DNA of 59,253 nucleotides, filler included. It is 3 parts of 3 records of this genome, joined end to end, with 100 filler letters (N's around TTAATTAATTAA, not from the genome) between each part and the next. Parts side by side here need not be neighbours in the genome. Positions count along the whole stretch, not along the records: positions 25,465 to 45,266 come from SRR20825006_658; positions 45,367 to 59,253 come from SRR20825006_663; 1 more part is not named here. One strand, given 5' to 3'. The notes below the pieces were generated by a model. It ran no database searches. It was not told the origin of the DNA and saw only the letters and a list, made by a program, of their open reading frames with translations. Below are positions 41,001 to 49,921 of this stretch, one piece after another. Position 1 is the stretch's first letter. The number at the start of each line of letters is the position of its first letter. The position numbers and the translations under genes are program-made.

Positions 41001-41551
41001 TCATCACCCGAGCGCAGGCTAAGCCCTTCATCACCCACGGTGACGTTCAGGCCAGATTGGCTACCCACTTGCAGGCGAACCGTTGGCGTGTCCCCCACGC
41101 TTTCTTCATCAAATTCAAGGTTGGCTAGGTTGACCCCGTTAAAGTCCTGCACCAATTGCACATGCGGCTCACGCACCTCCACCTCAATGGCGGGACGACC
41201 GGAAAGCCACGCAGGCATAAACCAGCGCAAATCCACATTTTCAGCCACAAATTGCGCGCCAGATTGTTCGTGCCAAACCCGCAATTTATTGAGGTTTAGG
41301 GCCGGTATCCAACCTTCACGCAGGGTCAGGCCAGCCTTTTGGAAATCTGCCGCATAGCCTTCAGGCAATTGCTCCTCAATTTTTTGCGCAACTAAACCAT
41401 GTACACCGGGAAAAGACACGACGTTCAACGCGAGAACGATCACAGTCACCGCAATAAGCGCCACAAATGCCCCGGAGAAATGCACCCGCTTGCGCTTGTG
41501 TAAGGGCCTTGTGTCTTTGGGTGGCTTCGCGCGTTTTTTAGTTTGTCTCAT
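38087..41551 (-). CDS. AsmA-like/YhdP-type (DUF3971) envelope protein
   Basis: Single N-terminal TM helix, long beta-rich body, C-terminal GTYIPLFGLN...GLIGVTF.V.G....P...INP.S...PG.FR.IF. Confidence 0.82.
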   Translation of the reverse strand: MRQTKKRAKPPKDTRPLHKRKRVHFSGAFVALIAVTVIVLALNVVSFPGVHGLVAQKIEEQLPEGYAADFQKAGLTLREGWIPALNLNKLRVWHEQSGAQFVAENVDLRWFMPAWLSGRPAIEVEVREPHVQLVQDFNGVNLANLEFDEESVGDTPTVRLQVGSQSGLNVTVGDEGLSLRSGDEALKVKSDNAWAIEAVNGLEGLLALFAENTADGAYRKLTVSGGRIDVLDRIYQLYRSLDYVELELLAYDNGVSMFSRFSAAGRRTSGSFFWTMEAGQERRVSGSFENLDLALLMPFLDDQDGVFALKGGSKLDFDVNFDDKGVYLGQFDVDVSGTLAAVESDVFPVQSEVAQVEWKPRESRYFLSPTRIEVGQSYADISGEFALGLDELYGPTVGIGMQLANVYLHPNDMDAPEKVIPNILFNGWSAPVYGAIGIDKVTINTGEYSLQADGRVDVLQAGIGLDLAMVARGMDADSLKRLWPYFLAREAREWFVENVSDGRLNTAKMRFDFPVGTIGEKGEDKPIPKDGLTILGTAQDVSLLPLPGFPTIDIVGTTTIKVKDHFIEMGFDRGLVSDAAGQVEITNAAYLNRNTFPKDQVFEISGDLEGDVSTLIAIASKEPLNLLEDFDLEYKPEDLTGAADINVIATISQFGDGKPEGLDYTLNGSVQDFASDVPIEGYAVSEGDLQFTASQEGYQASGRVRVDDVLADLRIEAEDESDPVITASATLTEKERKKLGFDVSQFVTGPIRVVGRPVGDDIQVAVDLTNAALKFSELGVSKKAGVAGQLNAELRLAEDHVDVPQIDLRFGNVRIAGGLEYDFEDGLTNAEMSTFQLNPGDKARVSLSPIKGGFKVNLSGEQLDLKPMLRRFLGLDQGTSAATSNAEDQIIDIDISLDRALGFYKTTAFNTKGRFVFRGADFRTVNMQSSFGNDKSVSITTNPLQSGRSMVAASNDLGTLLRFIGIYPRLLNGVGSLVLNINDKAGRISGGFTLNEFAIADEEKVALVLGNHRDSRKLIERQNQLRFRKAEIEFTGGDGVITVTKGALDGGTIGGTLRGNIYTGSRQYDLVGTYIPLFGLNNIFQKLPLLGAILGGRDGEGLIGVTFAVRGPLDDPQFSINPASILAPGVFRQIFEFKAKGDPEAERALEQVQN

Positions 41552-41694
41552 TAATGGCTTTTATGCTGCGGGTTGAATTGTCTCAGCTACAATGGCAAAT
41601 GATTGAGCAGGCTAGTTTTTGGCTCATAAGTCTCAAAATGGGCTGATCTGTGGCCAAACTGAATCTTCTTGTCCTTTCACAAAGGAATTATCTT

Positions 41695-42168
41695 ATGGCT
41701 GAACTCCAAATTGGCGATAAAGCGCCCGATTTTACCAATGCCACCGAATCGCAAGATTTTACCCTGTCAGAGCATAAGGGTAAAAACATAGTGCTATTTT
41801 TCTACCCAAAAGATGATACGCCGGGCTGCACGGTGGAAAACATCGACTTTACAGCACTTTTGCCAGAGTTCGAAAAACACAACACCGTGCTTGTGGGCTG
41901 TTCAGCTGATCCTGTCGCCAAACATGCAAAATTCCGCGCCAAGCATGATTTGAAAATCATTCTTTTGTCCGATGAAGAGCACAAAACCATGGAAGCCTAT
42001 GGCGCATGGGGCGAAAAGAAAATGTATGGCAAAACCTTTATGGGCATTAAGCGCACCACGTTTCTGATCGATGAGAATGGCAACATTGCCCATATCTGGC
42101 GCAACGTCCGCGCCAAGGGCCATGCCGAAAAAGTGCTGGAAAAAGTGGTCGAACTCAAAAATGGCTAA
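41695..42168 (+). CDS. bcp: Peroxiredoxin BCP/PrxQ
   Basis: FFYPKDDTPGCT and RTTFLID motifs. Confidence 0.92.
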   Translation: MAELQIGDKAPDFTNATESQDFTLSEHKGKNIVLFFYPKDDTPGCTVENIDFTALLPEFEKHNTVLVGCSADPVAKHAKFRAKHDLKIILLSDEEHKTMEAYGAWGEKKMYGKTFMGIKRTTFLIDENGNIAHIWRNVRAKGHAEKVLEKVVELKNG

Positions 42169-42970
42169 CGGCCTATTCGAAAGCGCAGTCGCCATTGTTG
42201 CCGAGCCAGATTTGGAACGCAAAACCGATCTGGCGATGGAAATGGCACGCAAATGGCTTAAACGGCAAATGGGCAAGGGCCGCTTTGATGAAGCCTCTCT
42301 GCCCGAAAATCCGGGACGGCCTGAAAAGCCTGAGCTCCTGCCTCCAGGTAAAATGCCCAAACGCAATTTGCGCACACCAGAGGGCCGCAAAGCCCATGTG
42401 CACGCCCTCGCCCATATCGAGCTTGGCGCGGTTGATCTCACTTGGGATCTCGTGGCCCGCGGCTGCGGCCATAATTTACCCCGTTCTTTCTTGGACAACT
42501 GGGTTCAGGTCGGTTTGGAAGAAGCCAAGCATTTCCGCATGTTGTCCGCACGCTTGCAAGAGCTGGATAGTTTTTACGGCGCCTTCCCCGCCCATGATGG
42601 GCTTTGGCAATCCTGCGCTGAAACCGCCCATGATTTGCTGGCACGTCTGGCCATCATCCCTTTGGTGCTTGAAGCACGCGGGTTAGACATTACCCCGGTG
42701 ATGATCGAGCGCACGCAAGCGATTGGCGATGAGGCCACCGCGAAAATCTTGCAAACCATCTATAATGATGAAAAACGACATGTGGCGTTTGGTGCAAAAT
42801 GGTTTCGCTATCAATGCGACGTTGAACATAAGCAGCCCATCCCGACTTTTCAAAATCTGGTGCGGCAGCATTTCCGTGGCGCGCTCAAGCCACCATTTAA
42901 TGATAAGGCTCGGGCCGCAGCTGGTCTAACTCCAAGTTTTTACAAGCCAATTGCCCCCATTATCGGATAG
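42161..42970 (+). CDS. Ferritin-like DUF455 protein
   Basis: HALAHIE, EEAKHF, LEARGLD and DEKRHV di-iron-type motifs; ATG overlaps the end of bcp. Confidence 0.88.
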   Translation: MANGLFESAVAIVAEPDLERKTDLAMEMARKWLKRQMGKGRFDEASLPENPGRPEKPELLPPGKMPKRNLRTPEGRKAHVHALAHIELGAVDLTWDLVARGCGHNLPRSFLDNWVQVGLEEAKHFRMLSARLQELDSFYGAFPAHDGLWQSCAETAHDLLARLAIIPLVLEARGLDITPVMIERTQAIGDEATAKILQTIYNDEKRHVAFGAKWFRYQCDVEHKQPIPTFQNLVRQHFRGALKPPFNDKARAAAGLTPSFYKPIAPIIG

Positions 42971-43034
42971 TTAACCATAATCGCCCATTCTGAAGCTCAG
43001 AAGAGAATCGAGCGCTAAAGAATGGGCGGAACAA

Positions 43035-44180
43035 GTGAGTGCAACGCGTACCTTTTCGGGCAGAGTAAATGGTCCTTCAGGCCAGGCCCGGGCAAAATCA
43101 GACTTTGATCGCTGGTGGGTTTATGCCCTTATCGGCATTTTATTTTCCGGCAATATCGCCTTTGCGATCACGCTTTATTTGTCGCCTGAATTTGCGGCCA
43201 CGCGTGATGCACAATCTGCACAAACCATTTCCGCCTATGAAACACGCATCGCCACGTTGCGGGCGGAGCTAGACCGATTGCATTCACGCCAATATGCAAA
43301 AGCGGGCGACATTAATCTCCAATTACAAGATTTACTTGCCCAGCAAGAACAAATTCTCGAACAGCATGATTTTGTGCGCTCAATTGCCAAGAAGGCAAAA
43401 GCCGCAGGCATCGCCGTGCCCGTTCCCGCAGCAGCGGAACCAATTAAAAGCAGCGCCTTAGGCTATGCGCCGTCAAATAGCAGCAGCACAGATATTCACG
43501 CCATCATTGAAGATCTTCAAATGATGAAAGAGGACACAATTTCAGCCCTCACTGCCTTAGGCAATGAAGCTGAAAAGTCCACCTCGAAAATCGTCAGCGA
43601 ACTGTCTCGTGTCGGCCTCAACCCGCGTTTCGAAGATGACGCAGTGGGTGGTCCACTCTTGCCGCCAACGATGGGTGAAAACCTGTCAGATCAAATGCAA
43701 GCTGCAAACTTTGCTTTGGATGCCTTGTCACGGTTTGAGCAAGCCCGTGAACAAATTCACAGCGCGCCCATCTTCCGCCCGCTGCCCAACTCATACGGCT
43801 ACAGCTCGCGCTATGGCAATCGCCGCGACCCATTCACGGGGCGCTCTGCCTTTCATTCCGGCTTGGACTTTCGCGCACCAACAGGTGCCAAAGTGTCAGC
43901 ACTTGGTGTCGGCAAAGTCACCTTTGCAGGGCGCAAAGGCGGTTATGGCAATGCAGTGGAGATCACCCATGTAAATGGCTTGGTGTCCCGCTATGCGCAT
44001 CTATCCAAAATCAAAGTGAAAAAGGGTCAGCGTGTCACCCGCGCCACCATCATTGGATTGGTTGGCAGCACAGGCCGCAGTACAGGCCCGCATCTACATC
44101 TGGAAGTACGCAAAAATGATCGACCGATTGATCCGTCGAACTTCATCAATGTGGGTAATAAATTAAAGGGCCTCATTTGA
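43035..44180 (+). CDS. M23-family peptidase (membrane-anchored, coiled coil)
   Basis: HSGLD, GYGN, YAHL and STGPHLHLE motifs. Confidence 0.92.
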   Translation: MSATRTFSGRVNGPSGQARAKSDFDRWWVYALIGILFSGNIAFAITLYLSPEFAATRDAQSAQTISAYETRIATLRAELDRLHSRQYAKAGDINLQLQDLLAQQEQILEQHDFVRSIAKKAKAAGIAVPVPAAAEPIKSSALGYAPSNSSSTDIHAIIEDLQMMKEDTISALTALGNEAEKSTSKIVSELSRVGLNPRFEDDAVGGPLLPPTMGENLSDQMQAANFALDALSRFEQAREQIHSAPIFRPLPNSYGYSSRYGNRRDPFTGRSAFHSGLDFRAPTGAKVSALGVGKVTFAGRKGGYGNAVEITHVNGLVSRYAHLSKIKVKKGQRVTRATIIGLVGSTGRSTGPHLHLEVRKNDRPIDPSNFINVGNKLKGLI

Positions 44181-44194
44181 GGCCCTCTTCTTTT
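44167..44194. terminator. Hairpin between the convergent M23 peptidase and prfB genes
   Basis: AGGGCCTC-attt-GAGGCCCT followed by CTTCTTTT. Confidence 0.6.
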
Positions 44195-44206
44195 CGTCGT
44201 TAGCGC

Positions 44207-45266
44207 TTATTCTTCGTCGGACTTGCCAACCCTTTGGGCCAGCGCCGCTTCCATAAACGCATCCAAATTGCCGTCCAACACATCGCTTGGCGCTGTGCTT
44301 TCAACACTTGTGCGCAAATCTTTCACCATCTGATAGGGCTGCAAAACATAAGAGCGAATTTGATGCCCCCAGCCAATCTCAGACTTTTGTGCAGATTCGG
44401 CATTCGCCTCTTCTTCACGGCGCTGCAGTTCGGCCTCATAAAGGCGCGCGCGCAACATGTCCCAAGCCGTAGCCCGGTTCTTATGCTGCGAACGGTCATT
44501 TTGACATTGCACCACAATCCCCGTTGCAATGTGGGTAATCCGCACCGCGCTGTCTGTGGTGTTCACGTGCTGACCACCTGCGCCTGACGCGCGATATGTG
44601 TCAATCCGCACATCAGATTCGGCCACTTCAATGTCGATAGAATCGTCAATAACCGGATAAACCCAGATCGAAGAAAAGCTGGTGTGGCGACGCGCCTGGC
44701 TGTCAAAGGGCGAAATCCGCACCAAACGGTGCACGCCACTTTCAGTTTTCAACCAGCCATAGGCATTGTGGCCTTTGATCAAAATTGTAGCGGATTTGAT
44801 GCCGGCTTCTTCGCCGTCATGCACTTCCATCACTTCAACTTTGTGGCCTTGCCGTTCCGCCCAACGGGTATACATGCGCAAAAGCATGTTGGCCCAGTCT
44901 TGGCTTTCAGTGCCGCCCGCGCCAGCATGCACTTCTAAATAGCAATCATTGGCGTCCGCCTCGCCAGAGAGCAAGGTTTCAACCTGCATACGGTCAGTTT
45001 GGGTTTTAAGACCAATCAGGGCTTTTTCAGCCTCTTCCACAACCTCATTGTCGCCTTCCATTTCCCCCAACTCGATCAAATCGATATTGTCGGTCAATGT
45101 GGCTTGCAATTCGGTAATGGATTTAATCTGCCCTTCGAGATATTGGCGATCGCGCATCACTTCTTGCGCTTTTTGCGGATCGTTCCAAAATTCAGGATCT
45201 TCTGCTCGTTGATTGAGCTCATCTAAGCGGGATTGTGCTGTATCCCAGTCAAAGATGCCTCCTCAG
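44207..45266 (-). CDS. prfB: Peptide chain release factor 2 (5'-truncated, programmed +1 frameshift)
   Basis: SPF and GGQ motifs; the frame continues upstream of 45160 to the CTT TGA C site. Confidence 0.96.
45248..45263 (-). promoter_or_regulatory. RF2 +1 frameshift cassette
   Basis: AGGAGG-CAT-CTT-TGA-C on the minus strand. Confidence 0.95.
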
Positions 45267-45366
45267 NNNNNNNNNNNNNNNNNNNNNNNNNNNNNNNNNN
45301 NNNNNNNNNNTTAATTAATTAANNNNNNNNNNNNNNNNNNNNNNNNNNNNNNNNNNNNNNNNNNNN
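45267..45366. other. Artificial contig spacer (N44-TTAATTAATTAA-N44)
   Basis: Identical to the first spacer. Confidence 0.98.
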
Positions 45367-45834
45367 CTCCTCTCCATCCTCGACCTCTCCCTCTCTCGAG
45401 AAGACGGCCGCGCATTGCTCGCGCAGACAAGAGATGCGCTCGAGCGCATCTCGCCACGTTCGAAGATGTTCTTCGAGGTCTTCGCCGCGCCATTTGCGAA
45501 GCGCCGGGTTGCCCTCGGCGATCCAACGCTGCATGTCTGGCAGCGCGGCCTGGAGTATGATCGCGCTATGCGCCCATTTTCCGAGCCGCCCCGCGTCGAT
45601 TTCGAGCAAATCAGTGGCGTCGAAGAGCTGACGAAGCTGCCCGATGCTCGGCGCCAGAGGTTCGCGAAGCGCTGCACAAATCGCGAACAAATCCAGCGAG
45701 CTCGAGTCCTCGGTGGGGCTCATAAGCCAGAGGTCACTGCGCGCATCGAGCAGGGGGCGCCCCTCGATACTTCGCATGTGCTGGAGGTGACGCGCGGCAT
45801 CGCGCGCCGACCGGATGTTCTTCCCTCTGGCCAT
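45367..45834 (-). CDS. Hypothetical protein, 3'-truncated at contig edge
   Basis: Open frame with helical, protein-like composition; no recognisable motif. Confidence 0.4.
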
Positions 45835-46142
45835 GACTTGTGGTGGTGATCATGATGGTGATACCGGTCCACCATGTGCCGAGTTTGCGCGATACTTCGG
45901 GCTGTTCGACGTTGAATGAACCTGCGAGTGGGTTGATGAGCAAGGAAAGAGAGGACGATATTCCCAGCAGGCCAGAATATGTTTCACGGACTTGAAGAAC
46001 ATGCACGAGGTCGAGGATCTTTGATTCGCTGAAAAAAATCGGAACATTTTTAGATCCAACGCCTCTTACAACACGTTAGGGTGTAAAGAAGGATGCGCGC
46101 CGGGGGATCGGCGCCAGGGATTTGATCGCAAGGAGAATCGCC

Positions 46143-46835
46143 ATGAAAGCTCGCAAGTTGTTCGCTTCGCTCGTGACTGCCGTCGCACTGACCTGCACGA
46201 CCTCTGCTGCCTTTGCCTGCGTGCACGGCATGGAGATGGACGTCAACGAAGAGGAGACGGAGTCGATTTACACCGCCGAGGATGCTTTCTACGACGGCGA
46301 CTATCGCAAGACGGTGGGGCACATCCTCAAGATCAAGCCCGATATGCGCAAGCGCACCAGCAAGTACAGCAAGGCCAAGGGCGAGGATAAGCGCGCGTAT
46401 CTGATGTTGGCTGCGGCTGTGGTTCGACTCGATGGCAACGTGACGTTGCACTCGGCTGCGGGCACCGCCATCAAGAGCAGCAAGACGCGCGCGGCGAACC
46501 TCTCCTGGGCAACCGATGTCCTCGAGCACGCCCACAAGGTGGACAAGGATGACATCGAAGCGACCGCTTACCTGGCGGAGGCATACGCGGCCAACCCCAA
46601 GACACAGGACAAGGCAAAGACCTTGCTCACAGGGCTCGCCAAGGATGACCTGATGGCGGACGCGACGGGTTGGGCGACGCTCGCCAAGCTCCAGCACGCC
46701 GATGGTGATACCGCGGGCGCGAAGACTTCGAGCAAGCGCTGCGCTGACATCGCGCGAGACGCGTCGATGTGTAAGTTGCCCGCGCTCGAAGAGGCCAAGG
46801 CGCCCGAAGCAAAGACGGCGGCCAAGAAGTCCTGA
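46143..46835 (+). CDS. Secreted TPR-like helical protein, paralogue 1
   Basis: AGGAGA RBS; signal peptide ending AAFA-C; motifs shared with the next two ORFs. Confidence 0.8.
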   Translation: MKARKLFASLVTAVALTCTTSAAFACVHGMEMDVNEEETESIYTAEDAFYDGDYRKTVGHILKIKPDMRKRTSKYSKAKGEDKRAYLMLAAAVVRLDGNVTLHSAAGTAIKSSKTRAANLSWATDVLEHAHKVDKDDIEATAYLAEAYAANPKTQDKAKTLLTGLAKDDLMADATGWATLAKLQHADGDTAGAKTSSKRCADIARDASMCKLPALEEAKAPEAKTAAKKS

Positions 46836-46860
46836 GCGTAAAATAAGCAGCGGCGAGCAT

Positions 46861-46897
46861 GAGGAGGCGGCAATCCTTTTGTCGCCTCCTCGCTTTT
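46861..46897 (+). terminator. Hairpin after paralogue 1
   Basis: GAGGAGGCGGCAA-tcctt-TTGTCGCCTCCTC followed by GCTTTT. Confidence 0.6.
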
Positions 46898-46967
46898 GAG
46901 CAGATCGATTCGCTGATAGACTGACACTCCGTTCGCACAATGAGCCCGTAAGATCTGGGAGGTGTCT

Positions 46968-47744
46968 ATGCGTCGAACGATGATTCTGTTGATCGTCTCG
47001 CTCTCGTTTGTCTGGAGTTCTTCTGCCGTTGCAGAGTGTCCTGATGGAGATGACTGCAAGGAGAAGCAAGCTGGCGAGGTGTACCTCAACGCCGAGGGGG
47101 CCTTCTCGGCTGGAAACTATACGGCGGCGATCGCCAAGGCGTTCCAGGCGGATGCGTCCATCAAAGGACGCTCGTCTGGCTACGAGAAGCTCGAGCCCGC
47201 CTCACCAGAGGCTGATAACTACCTGTTCGCCGCGGCGGCGACCGTGAGGCTTGGCGGGAAGGTCGATTTGACCAGCGATAAACCGGGCGCATCCGCCAAG
47301 GACGCGGGCAAGAACCTGAAGTGGGCGATGGCTGTGTTGCGCCACATGCACGAGGCCGAACCGGACGCGTATCGCCCGGCGGCATACCTCGCCGAAGGTC
47401 TGGCGCTCGACAAAAAGACCACCAAGGAGGCGCGCGCCATGCTCACAAGGCTCGCCGAGAGCGACGCTCCACTCGATGCCCAGAGTTGGGTCGTGCTCGC
47501 AGATCTTCACGGCGCCGCTGGTGACGGTGAGCAACAAAAGAACGCGCAGCGCTCTTGCCTCGAGGTTGCCTCCGACGCGAGCGTCTGTGGCGTGACCGTC
47601 GAGGAGGTCTCCGGCATCGAGATCGAGTCCGGCAGCAGCAAGTCCAGGAAGAAGTCTGACACCGGCATCCAGATCGAAGCGGGCGCTTCGACGGGCGATG
47701 GCGAAAGCGGTGGCAGCGGAAAAGCAGCGATCGAAGTTTTCTGA
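46968..47744 (+). CDS. Secreted TPR-like helical protein, paralogue 2
   Basis: GGAGGT RBS; signal peptide; AAAATVRLGG, NLKWA, YLAEGLA and C-X9-C motifs. Confidence 0.8.
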   Translation: MRRTMILLIVSLSFVWSSSAVAECPDGDDCKEKQAGEVYLNAEGAFSAGNYTAAIAKAFQADASIKGRSSGYEKLEPASPEADNYLFAAAATVRLGGKVDLTSDKPGASAKDAGKNLKWAMAVLRHMHEAEPDAYRPAAYLAEGLALDKKTTKEARAMLTRLAESDAPLDAQSWVVLADLHGAAGDGEQQKNAQRSCLEVASDASVCGVTVEEVSGIEIESGSSKSRKKSDTGIQIEAGASTGDGESGGSGKAAIEVF

Positions 47745-47798
47745 TGCTCTTGTCGCGATAAGAGCACGACGACCCCGAACCGAAAACAGGAGCACGCG

Positions 47799-48572
47799 AT
47801 GCACACCCTCGAGAAATGGACCCTGACGATCACCACCGGCGTGCTCCTCTCTGTAGCAACAGGCGCGCTCGCGCCTGCGATCGCAAGCGCTTGCGGCAAC
47901 TCGATGCGCTATGAGAAAGAGTATCCAAAACCGATCGCGAAACCCGTCGCGCAAAAAGCCCCACAACAGGTCGGCTCCGTGATCCGCGCCGAGCAAGCCT
48001 GGAACAAGGGCAACTGGCAACTCACCATCCAGGAATCACTGCGCGCTTATCCTATCCTCGCCAAGCGCTCGCGCGCTTACATGTCGAGCAAGGACGCCGA
48101 GCTTGTCCGCGCCGCGTGGCTCACCGCCAGCGCGATCACGCGTGCCAACGGCGCGTACTCCCTCGATGGGATGGCGACGCCCGAGAAAGATGACGCCAAG
48201 CGTCGCCTCCAGGTCGACTGGGCCGCAGAGACCTTGACCTGGATGGTCGAGAAGAACCCCGAAGATCCGCTGTTCAAGATGTTGCTCGCCGAGTCTCTGG
48301 CGCGCACCTCTGCTGGCAGCGAAAAGGCGACCGAATTGCTCGAGGCGATCGGCAAGGAAGACCTGATGCCCGATGGCTATGGCTGGGCAACCCTCGTCGC
48401 GCTCTACAAACGACAGGGCGACGCGAAGAAGGACGCCATGAAGGTCGCCAGCGAGCGCTGCAACAACGTGGGGGGCGGCAAAAAGGTCTGCTCGGGTGAT
48501 TTCGTCGAGCTCCTCCCTGAGGCAAAGCTTGGCGCGAAGTCGAAGAAGAAAAAGGCCCGGGCCTCGAAGTAA
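47799..48572 (+). CDS. Secreted TPR-like helical protein, paralogue 3
   Basis: AGGAG RBS; signal peptide ending ASA-C; LAESLA, DLMPDGYGWATL and C-X9-C motifs. Confidence 0.8.
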   Translation: MHTLEKWTLTITTGVLLSVATGALAPAIASACGNSMRYEKEYPKPIAKPVAQKAPQQVGSVIRAEQAWNKGNWQLTIQESLRAYPILAKRSRAYMSSKDAELVRAAWLTASAITRANGAYSLDGMATPEKDDAKRRLQVDWAAETLTWMVEKNPEDPLFKMLLAESLARTSAGSEKATELLEAIGKEDLMPDGYGWATLVALYKRQGDAKKDAMKVASERCNNVGGGKKVCSGDFVELLPEAKLGAKSKKKKARASK

Positions 48573-48612
48573 GACCTGCGCACCTCTCCACGCTCCAGCT
48601 CGAGACGCCATC

Positions 48613-49905
48613 ATGCCTCATCGCAAGCATCTGCTTCGCCTCGCCATGGCCGCGTGCCTCTCGCTGCTTTGCCTCGCGCTCGCGTGCGAGAAGAAGCCGG
48701 GACAGGACAATCCAAATCACTCGACGTCCACCCAGAACACGGGCCAGGGTGCGCTCGCGCCTGTCGAGGTCAAGCCCTCCGAGACCTTGCCCGCGGCAAG
48801 GGTCGAGGCGGGCAAGCAGCATATCCTGAAGTTCGAGTGCAATCGCTGCCATGCCATCGATGGCGTCCCTGATGTCCCCACCGAGAAGAGCTGTGTGACC
48901 TGTCACCAACAGATCCTCGCCGGGACATTCGAGGCCAAACCCGAGGTCCTCGCCAAGTGGCAAAAGAACATCATCCACCTCACCGCCACACCCGAGCTCT
49001 CGGCGATGGCGCCACGGTTCAAGCGCAGCTGGCTCGTCGACTTTCTGCAAAACCCGCACGACCTTCGACCGCGCGTCGACGCGCAGATGCCGCGGATGAA
49101 GATCACCGAGGAAGATGCCAACATGTTGGCGGATTACTTGCTCCCCGAGGTTTACGAGAACCAGAAGATGTTGCCCGGAGATGCAAAGCGCGGTGAGGAG
49201 CGTATCAACGCCCTCGGCTGCGGGTCATGTCATGCGATGACCGGCGGAAAGCTACAAGCGAGCGCGATCCCGGTCAAAATGAAGCCGGAAGATCTCGCGC
49301 TCGGGATGAAGCTCGCGCCCGACCTCCGCCACACGCGTCGCCGGTTCCATCCCACGACGCTCGTGACGTGGTTGCGTGATCCCGCCTCGATCAAGCCATC
49401 GACAAAGATGCCCAAAATCCCGATGAGCGAGCAGGACGCGCGTGATATCGCCGCCTTCCTGATTACCTCCAACCTCTCATCACCGCCCGAGGTCAAGCCA
49501 CCCGAGCGCTTACCCGTTCTGGAGCGCCGCGTCCGCTACAAGGAGGTCAGCGAGAAGGTCTTCAAGAAGGTCTGCTGGCACTGTCACTCGGAGGCCGACT
49601 ACGTCAACGGAGACGGCGGTCCGGGCAACACGGGTGGGTTTGGTTTTAAAGGCAGGGGCCTTAGCCTCGCGGAGTACACCGCCATCGCGTCAGGAATGCG
49701 CGATGATGAGGGCAAGCGCACGAGCGTCTTCAAGGAAGCTCCCAATGGCATGCCCTGGCTGGTCGCGGCGATGTACGCGCGTCATGTGGAGGTCGCCGGT
49801 GGCAAGGTCGAGGGAGTTCGCGGGATGCCGCTCGGGCTCCCGCCGATGACGCTCGAGGAGATCCAACTGGTCGAGACCTGGATTTCACAGGGGAGACCTC
49901 GATAG
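48613..49905 (+). CDS. Tetraheme c-type cytochrome lipoprotein
   Basis: Lipobox-like LALAC; heme motifs CNRCH, CVTCH, CGSCH and CWHCH; several MP axial-ligand motifs. Confidence 0.88.
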   Translation: MPHRKHLLRLAMAACLSLLCLALACEKKPGQDNPNHSTSTQNTGQGALAPVEVKPSETLPAARVEAGKQHILKFECNRCHAIDGVPDVPTEKSCVTCHQQILAGTFEAKPEVLAKWQKNIIHLTATPELSAMAPRFKRSWLVDFLQNPHDLRPRVDAQMPRMKITEEDANMLADYLLPEVYENQKMLPGDAKRGEERINALGCGSCHAMTGGKLQASAIPVKMKPEDLALGMKLAPDLRHTRRRFHPTTLVTWLRDPASIKPSTKMPKIPMSEQDARDIAAFLITSNLSSPPEVKPPERLPVLERRVRYKEVSEKVFKKVCWHCHSEADYVNGDGGPGNTGGFGFKGRGLSLAEYTAIASGMRDDEGKRTSVFKEAPNGMPWLVAAMYARHVEVAGGKVEGVRGMPLGLPPMTLEEIQLVETWISQGRPR

Positions 49906-49921
49906 AGCGATCGAGGTGCTC

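Noticed and set aside
44207-45160. prfB as a truncated pseudogene
   Set aside because: Explained by the canonical programmed frameshift and the contig end.
46050-47069. 339-aa minus-strand ORF
   Set aside because: Antisense to TPR-like paralogue 1, which has an RBS, a signal peptide and paralogue support.
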